Source of the DNA: Thermoleophilia bacterium
GTDB lineage: Bacteria > Actinomycetota > Thermoleophilia > UBA2241
Direction of reading: 5' to 3'
DNA length: 53,334 nucleotides
Assembly: GCA_036277455.1 (NCBI GenBank)
Contig: DASUMX010000253.1
Coordinates: 1-53,334, forward strand
Shown here: positions 17,385 to 28,947 of the stretch, piece after piece
How positions within the stretch are numbered: the stretch's first letter is position 1
How the letters are laid out: each line of letters starts with the position of its first letter
The notes under the pieces: generated by a model
The model's database searches: none
What the model was told of the DNA's origin: nothing
What the model saw: the letters and a program-made list of their open reading frames with translations, nothing else
Position numbers and translations under genes: made by a program

Positions 17385-18344
17385 TCAGACGCGCTTGTAG
17401 ATCAGGTCCTTCGACTGGTTGAAGACCTCGATGAGGGCATCGTCGCGGGTCCTGAGGACCTCACGCAGGTCTCTGTCGCTGTAGTCGAAGAAACCCTTAC
17501 CGCTCTTGACGCCCAGCTCGCCCTTCTCGACGTGCCCGACGAGGCTGCTCGGCGCATTGTCGATCGGCGGCTCGAGGAAGTCCGAGTTCTGCAGGTTGTT
17601 CAGACTCAGGTCGAGACCCGTGAAGTCATACCGCTGCACGAATCCCAGCACCATCGCCCGCGGGATGATGCTCGCCTTCACCGCAAGGTCGAGTTGTTCG
17701 GCAGTCATGTAGCCGTTGTCGAGGAGGAAGAAGACCTCGCGGCCGATTATGCGCAGGAACCGGTTGATGCAGAAACCCGGGACGAACTTCTCCATGACCA
17801 CGGGCACGCGGTCGACCTTCTTGAGCAGTGCGACGACGAGCTCGACCGTCTCGTCCGAGGTCGACTCACCCTTGACGACCTCAACGAGCGGGATGATCTG
17901 CGGCGGCGCGAACCAGTGAGCGATGACGGTGTCGGGCAGACGCCGCTCGGGGACCACCTGGTAGATGTCGAGGTACGACGTGTTGCTCGTGAAGATGGCG
18001 CCGTCCGGACACGCCCGGTCCAGGTCGGCGAACACCGCGCGCTTCGCCTCCAGGTTCTCGGCGATGCTCTCGATGACGAGGTCGGCGCCGGCGCCGGCCT
18101 CTTCGACCGACTGCGTCGTGGTGATACGAGCCAGCGCTGCCGACACGTCGTCGCGGCTGAGGAGGCCGTGCCCCGCGAACGTCTGCATGTTGGCGGCGGT
18201 GACGGACATCGCCTTTTCGAGCGTCGCCGCGGAGCGTGAGTACAGTGAGACCGGGTGTCCCGCACAGGCGAACACCTGGGCAAGACCTGGTCCCATGGTG
18301 CCGGCCCCGACGACTGCTACCTTCTTGACGTCCATGACATCCAC
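17385..18344 (-). CDS. 3-hydroxyacyl-CoA dehydrogenase-family NAD-dependent dehydrogenase (free beta-hydroxy-acid or acyl-CoA substrate)
   Basis: 319 aa, GTG start preceded by GAGGAG. KKVAVVGAGTMGPGLAQVFA Rossmann motif, with both the 3HCDH N- and C-domain pattern. First gene of the operon. Confidence 0.85.
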   Translation of the reverse strand: MDVMDVKKVAVVGAGTMGPGLAQVFACAGHPVSLYSRSAATLEKAMSVTAANMQTFAGHGLLSRDDVSAALARITTTQSVEEAGAGADLVIESIAENLEAKRAVFADLDRACPDGAIFTSNTSYLDIYQVVPERRLPDTVIAHWFAPPQIIPLVEVVKGESTSDETVELVVALLKKVDRVPVVMEKFVPGFCINRFLRIIGREVFFLLDNGYMTAEQLDLAVKASIIPRAMVLGFVQRYDFTGLDLSLNNLQNSDFLEPPIDNAPSSLVGHVEKGELGVKSGKGFFDYSDRDLREVLRTRDDALIEVFNQSKDLIYKRV

Positions 18345-18454
18345 TGCTGCGGCTCCTCACGTTCGACGCCGACCGTCCACTGGCGCGGTGAGGAGTCTCC
18401 CCCGCGTTGGAGGAAGTCCGCGGTCAAGAGGCGACCCGCCACGCTACCGCACAA

Positions 18455-18478
18455 TGGTATCGCCATATCACAATATCA
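18455..18478. promoter_or_regulatory. TGGTAT-CGCC-ATATCA plus an extra ATATCA half-site; putative operator of the hbd-like/BKACE operon
   Basis: A 6-N4-6 site with one mismatch at 18455-18470, 111-126 nt upstream of the GTG at 18344. A third ATATCA sits at 18473-18478. It lies between the iclR stop and the operon start. Confidence 0.5.
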
Positions 18479-18586
18479 GCGAGCGCGGACTGTAGCAACA
18501 TACGCGGGTCATCACGCGGACCTCCTGCATGCGAGGTCCTTTGCGCGGGTCGCGTGGATCCGGCGGCCGCGCGTGACGAGCCGGTG

Positions 18587-19435
18587 TCAGACTCGCGCGT
18601 CGGCCCCGGCGTAGCCCAGGAACCCCGAGAGCGCCGCGGCGGACGCCTTCACCGCGCTCACGCAGGTCTCGCGCTGCTCTGTGCCGAAGCGGCCGGTCGG
18701 CACGATGACGCCGATGCTGCCGATGACGTGACCCATCTGGTCCCGGACGGGCGCGGCCACGGCGCACGTGCCCAGGTTGCGCTCTTCGATGTCGAAGGCG
18801 ACGCCCTCCTCGCGCACCCGTCGCAGCTCCGCGGCGAGCTCCTCCGGATCGGTGATGGTCCGGGGCGTGAGCCGCTCGTGCGGCAGCGAGAGCAGGCGCT
18901 CGCGTTCGCCGTCCGGCATCGACGCCGCGTACATCTTGCCGTGTGCATTGGCGGTGTCGCCGATGACGCGGCCGACGGCGACCTCACGCTTGTGCGGCCG
19001 CGGGGAGTCGAGCATGTCGACGCACACGGCCACGCCGTCGACGTCCACGGCGAGCGTCGCGGACTCGCCCGTCTCCTCGACGAGCGCCTGCAGGTACGGG
19101 CGAGCGATGGCCACCAGCTCGGCGTAGCCCTCCGAGAGGTACGTCGCGGCGAGAAGGGCCGGGCCGAGACGGTAGCGCCCGCTCTGCGTGTCCGTGACGA
19201 GATAGCCGGCGCTCTGCAGGGTCCGGGCCATGCGGTAGCCGGTCATGCGCGGGAGCTGGAGCTCCGAGACCATCTCGTCGAGGGTCCACTCGCGATGCTC
19301 GGCGTCGAAGAGACCGAGCATCGCCAGCCCTTTCGCCAAGGCGCGGACGACGAACGCCTCTGCGCCCGCCTCCAGCGGTCCGTTGGCGGCCGGCTGCCGC
19401 TTCTTCTTCCCAGCCTTGCGCGTCTCTTTGGCCAT
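18587..19435 (-). CDS. IclR-family transcriptional regulator
   Basis: Internal ATG at 19435 of ORF 18587..19771 gives MAKETRKAGKKKRQ... It has the wHTH LDEMVSELQLPRMTGYRMARTLQSAGYL and a C-terminal IclR effector domain (GTCAVAAPVRDQMGHVIGSIGV). Confidence 0.85.
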   Translation of the reverse strand: MAKETRKAGKKKRQPAANGPLEAGAEAFVVRALAKGLAMLGLFDAEHREWTLDEMVSELQLPRMTGYRMARTLQSAGYLVTDTQSGRYRLGPALLAATYLSEGYAELVAIARPYLQALVEETGESATLAVDVDGVAVCVDMLDSPRPHKREVAVGRVIGDTANAHGKMYAASMPDGERERLLSLPHERLTPRTITDPEELAAELRRVREEGVAFDIEERNLGTCAVAAPVRDQMGHVIGSIGVIVPTGRFGTEQRETCVSAVKASAAALSGFLGYAGADARV

Positions 19436-19461
19436 GGCCCCTGTCTTCTTTCTCTCGTGGA

Positions 19462-21174
19462 TCAGCTCGTGAACATCGCGTCCAGGTCGGCCTCGGCGAC
19501 GTCGTACCGGGTACCGGACGGCAGGACCGCCTCCTCCGTGATGAACGCCGGAGGGCGGTCGTCCTTGGCCGTGAAGCCGGCGCGGCGGTTGAAGTCGCGC
19601 TCCCCGCGTACGATCTGGTCGCCCATCCTGATGAGGTAGTCCTCGGGGAGCGCCTCGCCGGTGATGGCCGCCGCAGCCTTGACGAACTCCCCCTGCAGCT
19701 CCGGCATGTCGAGCGCGGGGAGTGTCGCGAAGAGGCACATGCCCAGCGAGTCGATCGCGGCGAAGTAGCACTGCAGGAACTCGGAGATCTGTGCCTGCCC
19801 CTCGGCGGAAGCGGGATCGTAGGTCGGATTGGCCGGACTGGGCAGGGCGTTGCCCGCGGTGTGGTCGGCGCCCTGCGGGCTGGTGATGTAGGTGGTGCCG
19901 GTGCCCTTGAGCACGCGCGGGTCGTAGGCCGCGAAGCTCTGGCCTTTGACCGCGGGAACGCGGGCGACGCCGAGGCGCTGCCCGGTCGTGACGCAGCCGT
20001 CGGCGAGCATGCGCGCGTCGGCGTCGCCGTCCCTGAGCTTGCTGAGCAGCGCGAACGCCCCTTCGCCGTCGCCCCAGTCGAGCAGGCCGCCCTCCATGGC
20101 GACGCCCATGGCGGCGCCGACTTCCATCGTGTCGAGCCCGAGGTCGTCGCAGAGGCGATCGAGCCGTGCGATCTGGTCGAGGTCCTTGATGTGGCAGTTC
20201 GAGCCCATCAGCCCGAGCGTCTCGAACTCGACGCCGGAGGTGATGACCTCGCCGGCGTCGTCCGTGTACACCTGCGAGCAGTTGATGATGCAGCCCTTCA
20301 TGCAGCTGTGCTTGGTGGCCCCATTGGGACGCGCGGAGATGATCTCGACCATGTGCTCGCCGCTGATGTCCGGCGCGTTCTCCCAGGTCCCGGCGGAGAA
20401 GTTCCTGGTGGCCAGGCAGCCCATGGACTGCGTGACGGTGACGAGGAACGCCGAGCCGAGCGCCTCGAGGGCGGCCATGGCCGGATGCGAGTGGATGCCG
20501 GTGGCGAGAGCCTTGGAGGCCTCCTTGAGGGCGTCCTTGTCGGCGACGACGACGCCCGGCCCCCCTGCGGCGTCGACGACGATCGCCTTGAGGTTCTTGG
20601 AGCCCATCACGGCGCCCAGACCGCCGCGTGCAGCCGCGCGCATGTGATGGTCGGGCGTGGTGACGAGGACCGCGGCGGCCTTGGCGCCCATCTCCCCCGC
20701 CGGGCCGGTGCAGATGAGCGAGACCTTGTCGCCGTACTGCTCCCAGAGGCGCTCCGCGGTGGCGAACGAACCGAGGCCGGCGAGCTCCGGCGCCGGGACG
20801 AGCGTGCCGCCGCCCGCCGTGACCACCAGGACCGACGTCTCGTCGGCCTGCCCCGTCACCTTGAGGGCGCGCAGGCCGAGCTCGGCCAGCGCACGCGCGG
20901 CCGAGCCGCCGGAATTTGCCTCCTTGATGCCTCCGGTCAGCGGGCTCTTGCCCCCCACGGAGAGACGCCCGCCGTTGGGGACGACGGTGCCCGCGAAGAG
21001 TCCGGCGGCATACACCAGGACGTTGCCGGGTCCGAGGGGATCGGCCTCGGGATGGACTTCACCGCAGACGATGGCCGAGGTCAGGCCATGGCCACCCAGC
21101 GGCTCGAGGTCCGCACCCAGCGGCTCCCTCGCCACCGCGCCACTCGTCAGGTCGACGTTGAGGAGGTCGGTCAC
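19462..21174 (-). CDS. Aldehyde:ferredoxin oxidoreductase family (tungstopterin, 4Fe-4S)
   Basis: 570 aa. AOR N-domain GGHGLTSAIV...GGRLSVGGKSPLTGGIKEANSGG, a Cys cluster HSCMKGCIINC, and the later DSLGMCLF. Only 26 nt separate it from iclR. Confidence 0.85.
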   Translation of the reverse strand: MTDLLNVDLTSGAVAREPLGADLEPLGGHGLTSAIVCGEVHPEADPLGPGNVLVYAAGLFAGTVVPNGGRLSVGGKSPLTGGIKEANSGGSAARALAELGLRALKVTGQADETSVLVVTAGGGTLVPAPELAGLGSFATAERLWEQYGDKVSLICTGPAGEMGAKAAAVLVTTPDHHMRAAARGGLGAVMGSKNLKAIVVDAAGGPGVVVADKDALKEASKALATGIHSHPAMAALEALGSAFLVTVTQSMGCLATRNFSAGTWENAPDISGEHMVEIISARPNGATKHSCMKGCIINCSQVYTDDAGEVITSGVEFETLGLMGSNCHIKDLDQIARLDRLCDDLGLDTMEVGAAMGVAMEGGLLDWGDGEGAFALLSKLRDGDADARMLADGCVTTGQRLGVARVPAVKGQSFAAYDPRVLKGTGTTYITSPQGADHTAGNALPSPANPTYDPASAEGQAQISEFLQCYFAAIDSLGMCLFATLPALDMPELQGEFVKAAAAITGEALPEDYLIRMGDQIVRGERDFNRRAGFTAKDDRPPAFITEEAVLPSGTRYDVAEADLDAMFTS

Positions 21175-21248
21175 GGTCGCTCACATCCTTTCCCGGGCAC
21201 GGAGCGTCTCGCTCGCTCGTCCTCCCGCGCCCCGGTGCTGACCACGAA

Positions 21249-21266
21249 GTGATATGTATATATCAC
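21249..21266. promoter_or_regulatory. Perfect palindrome GTGATAT-GTAT-ATATCAC, putative operator upstream of aor-iclR
   Basis: 7-bp arms at 21249-21255 and 21260-21266, 76-91 nt upstream of the AOR GTG at 21174. This is the most AT-rich spot in the 158-bp gap. Confidence 0.6.
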
Positions 21267-21332
21267 TCCAACGACCTGAGCATTATGCGGCCAGACGCTC
21301 GCGCATGCAATAGAGCCGCGCGCGTGGACGCC

Positions 21333-24165
<2,833 letters not shown>

Positions 24166-24321
24166 CTATGTCCTCCCCGTCGCGCATCACGGCCGCTGCG
24201 GGACCCCGCGGCACAGGCCACACTTTCCATCAGGAGTGGACGGAAGTCAAGTAATAGAGGATACTGCTGCACAGGTCGGGTCTTTGACGCCCGCCACGGC
24301 GCTCCGCTACAGTCGAGGCCC

Positions 24322-24927
24322 ATGTCCCAGCCGCCCGCCAGAGACGATCGCTCCCGCGCCGATGAACGGTGGCCGGCCAGGATGGTGGGCGGGCGGCTGC
24401 GCGAGGCCCGCCGGAGCCGCGGCATGACGCTCGACGACGTCGCCCGCGAGGCGGGCCTCACGAAGTCGTTCGTGAGCGCGGTAGAACGTGGGGACACGTC
24501 GCCCTCGATCGGCTCGCTCTACCGCATCTGCGAGGTGCTCGGCATCCCCGTCGCATCGCTGTTCGAGACCGCGCCGGCGCCGGAGAGCAACGTCGTCCGG
24601 CACACCGACGTGCGCGGCGTCTCGTTCGGCGGCGAGGGCGTGGAGAACTACGTCCTCTCGCCTCGTGCGGAGCGCCGCGCCCAGGTGATCGAGACCCACG
24701 TCGCGCCGGGCGGGTCGCCCGGCCCCGAGCCCTGGTCCCACTCGGGCGACCTGATCATCGCGACGGTCCTCGAGGGCACGCTCGAGTTCCGCTTCGAGGA
24801 CCACACGACGGCGCTCCACGCAGGCGACACGATCTCGTACTCGCCGGCCGAGCCGCACTCGTGGGGCAACCCGAGCGACGACGCGCCGGCCGTCGCGCTG
24901 TTCTTCGGCATGCCGGCGGAGTACTGA
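24322..24927 (+). CDS. XRE-family HTH regulator with C-terminal cupin sensor domain
   Basis: Internal ATG at 24322 of ORF 24058..24927. HTH MTLDDVAREAGLTKSFVSAVERGDTSPSIGSLYRICEVLG, cupin GDTISYSPAEPHSWGN. Divergent from the mttB-like gene. Confidence 0.8.
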   Translation: MSQPPARDDRSRADERWPARMVGGRLREARRSRGMTLDDVAREAGLTKSFVSAVERGDTSPSIGSLYRICEVLGIPVASLFETAPAPESNVVRHTDVRGVSFGGEGVENYVLSPRAERRAQVIETHVAPGGSPGPEPWSHSGDLIIATVLEGTLEFRFEDHTTALHAGDTISYSPAEPHSWGNPSDDAPAVALFFGMPAEY

Positions 24928-25003
24928 GGCTCCGCGGCCCAGCGTCGACAGAGGCGCACCTGCCGCGCGTGCCCGAGCGGCCTGAGGGTAAGCTCCCCCA
25001 CAG

Positions 25004-26884
25004 ATGAAGACGTTCTGGCGCATCCTCAAGCTCCTCGGCGACTACAAGTGGCTCACCATCCTGGGCTTCGCCTTGGCCTTCACCCAGATGGGCCTCGGAT
25101 TGGTCGTGCCGCGCATCATCCAGCTCACGATCAACAACGCGCTGATCGGGGGCGAGACCGGCCTTCTGGTCACCTACGGTCTCGCCCTCTTCGGCATCGC
25201 CGTCGTCCGCCTCTTCGTCGGCGTCGGTCGCAGGCTCGCCAGCGGCAAGGCCAGCCTCGGCATCGAGTACGACCTGCGCAACCGCATGTGGACGCACATC
25301 CTGCGCCAGTCGTTCAGTTACTTCGACCGTTGGCCCACCGGCCAGCTCATGAGCCGGGCGATGAGCGACGTCCAGAACGTGCGCATGTTCCTGGGCTACG
25401 GTCTCATCTTCTTCGTCACCAACATCGTGATGATGGTGGCCATCGCCGCGATCCTCCTCGTCATGGAGTGGAAGCTGGCGCTCATGTCGCTGGCGTTCCT
25501 GCCGCTGCTGCTGCTGGTGACGGTCCGCTTCAGTCTCCGTCTCAAGCCGATCCTCGTCGACGTGCAGCAGAAGATCGCCGACGTCACGGCTGCGGCGGAG
25601 GAGAACGTGGTCGGCAGCCGCATCGTGCGCATCTTCGCGCGCGAGGACGACGAGCTCGTGAAGTTCAGCGACCGCAGCTACAAGGTGTTCGAGGCGAGCG
25701 TGGCCGCCGCCAGGACGCGAGCCGTCTACATCCCGCTCATCGCCTTCATCCCCAACCTCGCCGTGGCCTTCCTGCTCTACTACGGCGGGCGTCAGGTGAT
25801 CGAGGGCGACCTGAGTCTCGGCTCGCTGGTCGCCTTCTACAGCTACCTGATGATGCTCGTGTATCCGGCGCAGGTGATCGGCTGGCTCACCGGCCTCGCG
25901 CAGCGGGCGATCGCGAGCGGCGAGCGGGTCTACGAAGTGCTGGACTCGCCCCTCGAGATGACGGAGAAGCCGGATGCGCAGCCGCTGCGGGACGCGTTCG
26001 GGCTGACCGCCGCGCAGGCGACCGGGGATGGCGCGGCGGGCGGCGACGGGACGGCCCTCGCCGGCGCGGCCGCCCCGGTCGGCGGCGCCGGCCCCTCCGG
26101 CGCCGTCACCTTCGACGACGTCTGGTTCAGCTACGTGGACCGGCCGGTGCTGCGAGGCGTGAGCCTCGAGGTCCCGGCCGGCCACACCATCGCGCTCGTC
26201 GGCCACACCGGCTGCGGCAAGACGACGCTCACCAACCTCGTGCCGCGCTTCTACGACACCGGCGGAGGGCGCGTGCTCATCGACGGCCAGGACGTACGCG
26301 ACCTGCAGCTCGCCGACCTGCGCCGGCACATCGGCATCGTCAACCAGGACCCCTTCCTCTTCAGCGCCTCCATCGCCGAGAACATCCGCTTCGGGAGGCC
26401 GGAGGCGACAGACGACGAGGTCCGCGCGGCCGCCCGTACGGCGCAGACCGACGACTTCATCGAGGACCTCCCCGAAAGCTACGAGACCGTCATCGGGGAG
26501 CGCGGCTTCACGCTCAGCGGCGGCCAGCGCCAGCGCATCGCCATCGCGCGGGCGCTCGTCATGGACCCGCGCATCCTCATCCTCGACGACGCGACCAGCA
26601 GTGTCGACGTGGAGACGGAGTTCAGGATCCGGGCCGCGCTGCAGGAGGTCATGCGCGGCCGCACCACCTTCATCATCGCCCATCGCCCGAGCACCATCTC
26701 GCTCGCCGAGGAGGTCGTGGTCCTCGACCAGGGCCAGATCGTGGAGCGAGGCAGACACGTGGAGCTCATGGCCGCCGGCGGCGTCTACGCGCACATGTTC
26801 GGCGACGCCGAGCGCGAGGGCTGCTGCCTGGACGACGCCGGCGAGGAGAAGACCGGCCCGGCGGCCTCGGGGGGTGCGGCCTGA
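25004..26884 (+). CDS. ABC exporter, fused TMD-NBD half-transporter (heterodimer partner 1)
   Basis: 626 aa. Six-TM exporter domain, Walker A GHTGCGKTT, signature LSGGQRQRIAIARAL, Walker B ILILDDATS. Confidence 0.9.
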   Translation: MKTFWRILKLLGDYKWLTILGFALAFTQMGLGLVVPRIIQLTINNALIGGETGLLVTYGLALFGIAVVRLFVGVGRRLASGKASLGIEYDLRNRMWTHILRQSFSYFDRWPTGQLMSRAMSDVQNVRMFLGYGLIFFVTNIVMMVAIAAILLVMEWKLALMSLAFLPLLLLVTVRFSLRLKPILVDVQQKIADVTAAAEENVVGSRIVRIFAREDDELVKFSDRSYKVFEASVAAARTRAVYIPLIAFIPNLAVAFLLYYGGRQVIEGDLSLGSLVAFYSYLMMLVYPAQVIGWLTGLAQRAIASGERVYEVLDSPLEMTEKPDAQPLRDAFGLTAAQATGDGAAGGDGTALAGAAAPVGGAGPSGAVTFDDVWFSYVDRPVLRGVSLEVPAGHTIALVGHTGCGKTTLTNLVPRFYDTGGGRVLIDGQDVRDLQLADLRRHIGIVNQDPFLFSASIAENIRFGRPEATDDEVRAAARTAQTDDFIEDLPESYETVIGERGFTLSGGQRQRIAIARALVMDPRILILDDATSSVDVETEFRIRAALQEVMRGRTTFIIAHRPSTISLAEEVVVLDQGQIVERGRHVELMAAGGVYAHMFGDAEREGCCLDDAGEEKTGPAASGGAA

Positions 26885-28710
26885 TGGCCACCACCTCGCG
26901 ACACAGCGCACAGCACGGCACCGGCGCCAGCCTCGAAGAGCTGAAGGGCTGGCGCGCGTTCCTGCACCTGGCGAGCGAGCTCAAGCTCTCGCGGCTCGCC
27001 CGCCTCGCCTCCCCGTACCGACGGCGCGCCGCCCTGAGCATCGTCGCGATGGTCATCGTCACGCTCTCGAGCCTCGCCGTGCCCTACCTGCTCAAGGTCG
27101 CCATCGACGGCGGCATCACCGCCGGGAACGTGACCGTCCTCACCTGGGTCATCGTCGCCTTCGTCGCCGTCAGCCTCGTCAACCTCGGCGCCAGCTACCT
27201 GCAGACGTACCTCACCAGCTGGGTCGGGTCGCACATCATCTACGACCTGCGGCGGCAGCTCTTCGCCCACCTTCAGAAGCTCAGCCTCGACTTCTTCAGC
27301 CGGCAGAAGACCGGCTGGATCGTGAGCCGGCTGACGAACGACATCGACGCCCTGGACCAGCTCGTGACGGAGGGCGTCACGTCGCTGGTCACCAACTCGC
27401 TGACGTTCATCGGCTCCATCGTGTTCCTCTTCATCCTCGACTGGCGCCTGGCCCTCGCCACGCTCACGGTGATGCCGTTTCTCATCGTCGCCACGCTCAT
27501 CTTCCGCGCCAGGTCGGCGCGCGCCTACGCCCAGGTGCGCAACAAGATCGGCGACGTGAGCGCCCACCTGCAAGAGTCGATCTCGGGGGTGCGCGTCCTC
27601 AAGGCCTTCCGCCGCGAGGAGAGCGACTACGAGCGGCTCAAGGTGGCCAACGCCGCCTACCGCGAGGTCAACATGCGCACCGTCGTGCAGAGCGGCGTGT
27701 ACTTCCCGTTCGTGGAGTTCGTCTCGACGTCCGCCGTCGTCATCGTCCTCTGGTACGGCGGCTCCCTCATCGGGGGCGGCAGCCTCGAGATCGGCGTGCT
27801 GGTCGCCTTCATCGGCTACCTGAACAGCTTCTTCGACCCCCTGCAGCAGCTCAGCCAGCTCTACAACACCTTCCAGGCCTCGATGGCCGCCGTCCAGAAG
27901 ATCTACAAGGTGCTCGACACCGACCCCGACATGCTGGACGCGCCGGGCGCCGTGGACCTGCCCGACGCGCACGGCGCCGTGGAGCTCCGCGACGTGACGT
28001 TCGGCTACGACCCCGCCAAGCCGGTGCTGCACGAGGTGGACCTCCGGATCCCGGCGGGGAAGACCGTCGCGCTCGTCGGCGCCACCGGCGCCGGCAAGTC
28101 GACGGTCATCAAGCTGCTCGCCCGCTTCTACGATCCTCAGCAGGGCGAGGTGCTCATCGACGGTCACGACCTGCGCGAGGTCACACAGCGCTCCCTGCGC
28201 GAGCAGCTGGCCGTCGTGCCGCAGGAGGCGTTCCTCTTCAGCGGCTCCGTGCTCGACAACATCCGCTTCGCGCGCCCGCGCGCCAGTGACGACGAGGTCA
28301 AGCGCGTCGCCCGCATCGTCGGTGTGCACGACTTCGTCGAGGGCCTCCCGGACGGCTACGAGACGGAGGTGCAGGAGGGAGGGTCGGCCCTGAGCACCGG
28401 GCAGCGACAGCTGATCAGCTTCGCCCGGGCGCTGCTCGCCGACCCCAGGATCCTGATCCTGGACGAAGCGACCAGCAGCGTCGACGCGGAGAGCGAGCGC
28501 CGCATCGAGCGCGCCATGGAGGTGCTCTTCAGCGGGCGCACCAGCATCATCGTCGCCCACCGCCTGAGCACGGTGCGGTACGCCGACGAGATCGTCGTGG
28601 TCGACGGCGGCCGCATCCTGGAGCGCGGTACGCACGACAGCCTCGTCGCCTCCGGCGGGCGCTACGCCGGGCTGTACCGCGACTGGGAAGCGACCGGCCT
28701 GGCGCTTTGA
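26884..28710 (+). CDS. ABC exporter, fused TMD-NBD half-transporter (heterodimer partner 2)
   Basis: The ATG at 26884 overlaps the upstream stop (ATGA). MATTSRHS..., Walker A GATGAGKST, signature LSTGQRQLISFARAL, Walker B ILILDEATS. The upstream part of the listed 1220-aa ORF is out-of-frame overlap. Confidence 0.9.
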   Translation: MATTSRHSAQHGTGASLEELKGWRAFLHLASELKLSRLARLASPYRRRAALSIVAMVIVTLSSLAVPYLLKVAIDGGITAGNVTVLTWVIVAFVAVSLVNLGASYLQTYLTSWVGSHIIYDLRRQLFAHLQKLSLDFFSRQKTGWIVSRLTNDIDALDQLVTEGVTSLVTNSLTFIGSIVFLFILDWRLALATLTVMPFLIVATLIFRARSARAYAQVRNKIGDVSAHLQESISGVRVLKAFRREESDYERLKVANAAYREVNMRTVVQSGVYFPFVEFVSTSAVVIVLWYGGSLIGGGSLEIGVLVAFIGYLNSFFDPLQQLSQLYNTFQASMAAVQKIYKVLDTDPDMLDAPGAVDLPDAHGAVELRDVTFGYDPAKPVLHEVDLRIPAGKTVALVGATGAGKSTVIKLLARFYDPQQGEVLIDGHDLREVTQRSLREQLAVVPQEAFLFSGSVLDNIRFARPRASDDEVKRVARIVGVHDFVEGLPDGYETEVQEGGSALSTGQRQLISFARALLADPRILILDEATSSVDAESERRIERAMEVLFSGRTSIIVAHRLSTVRYADEIVVVDGGRILERGTHDSLVASGGRYAGLYRDWEATGLAL

Positions 28711-28947
28711 GCGTTCGGCCGTGCGCGCCGGATGGGCGGTCAGGCCACCTGTGCGAGCAGGTCCTTCATGCTCGTGAACCCGCCGTGCACCCAGCGTGAT
28801 GACGGCAGCTCAGCGCGCCATCCAGAGAATCCTCGTCGAGCGACCCTGAGAGCTCCACCTCCCCGTGTCCGCTTCGGGACGGCCATGGTCGATGGGACTT
28901 GAACGCCCTGCGAGCGACGGCAGTTCCGCACGGCGCCGCGCCGTCTC

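Noticed and set aside
24755-26911. Very long ORFs antisense to, or frame-shifted against, recognised genes. Examples: 24755..26911 (718 aa), 26785..28635 (616 aa), 14591..16423 (610 aa), 42014..43879 (621 aa), 37921..39606 (561 aa), 30336..31282-type and many 100-500 aa entries.
   Set aside because: Their translations are Arg/Ala/Gly/Pro-rich low-complexity strings with no recognisable motifs. Each one fully overlaps a gene with clear family signatures on the other strand or frame. Long stop-free alternate frames are expected at about 70 percent GC.
25048-28710. A 1220-aa ORF that could be read as a giant fused ABC transporter.
   Set aside because: Its first 612 codons are an out-of-frame overlap of the first exporter gene with a nonsense-like Arg/Pro-rich translation. 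The real second exporter starts at the ATG at 26884, which overlaps the first gene's stop (ATGA).
28711-28947. A 237-bp non-coding gap between the convergent ABC exporter and MFS genes, with short ORF tails (28740..29126, 28766..28951) that might be a gene remnant or a small protein.
   Set aside because: The translations show no recognisable motif. The ORFs mostly overlap the MFS gene out of frame, and I found no RBS or structured-RNA signature. The evidence is too weak to call a pseudogene or sRNA.
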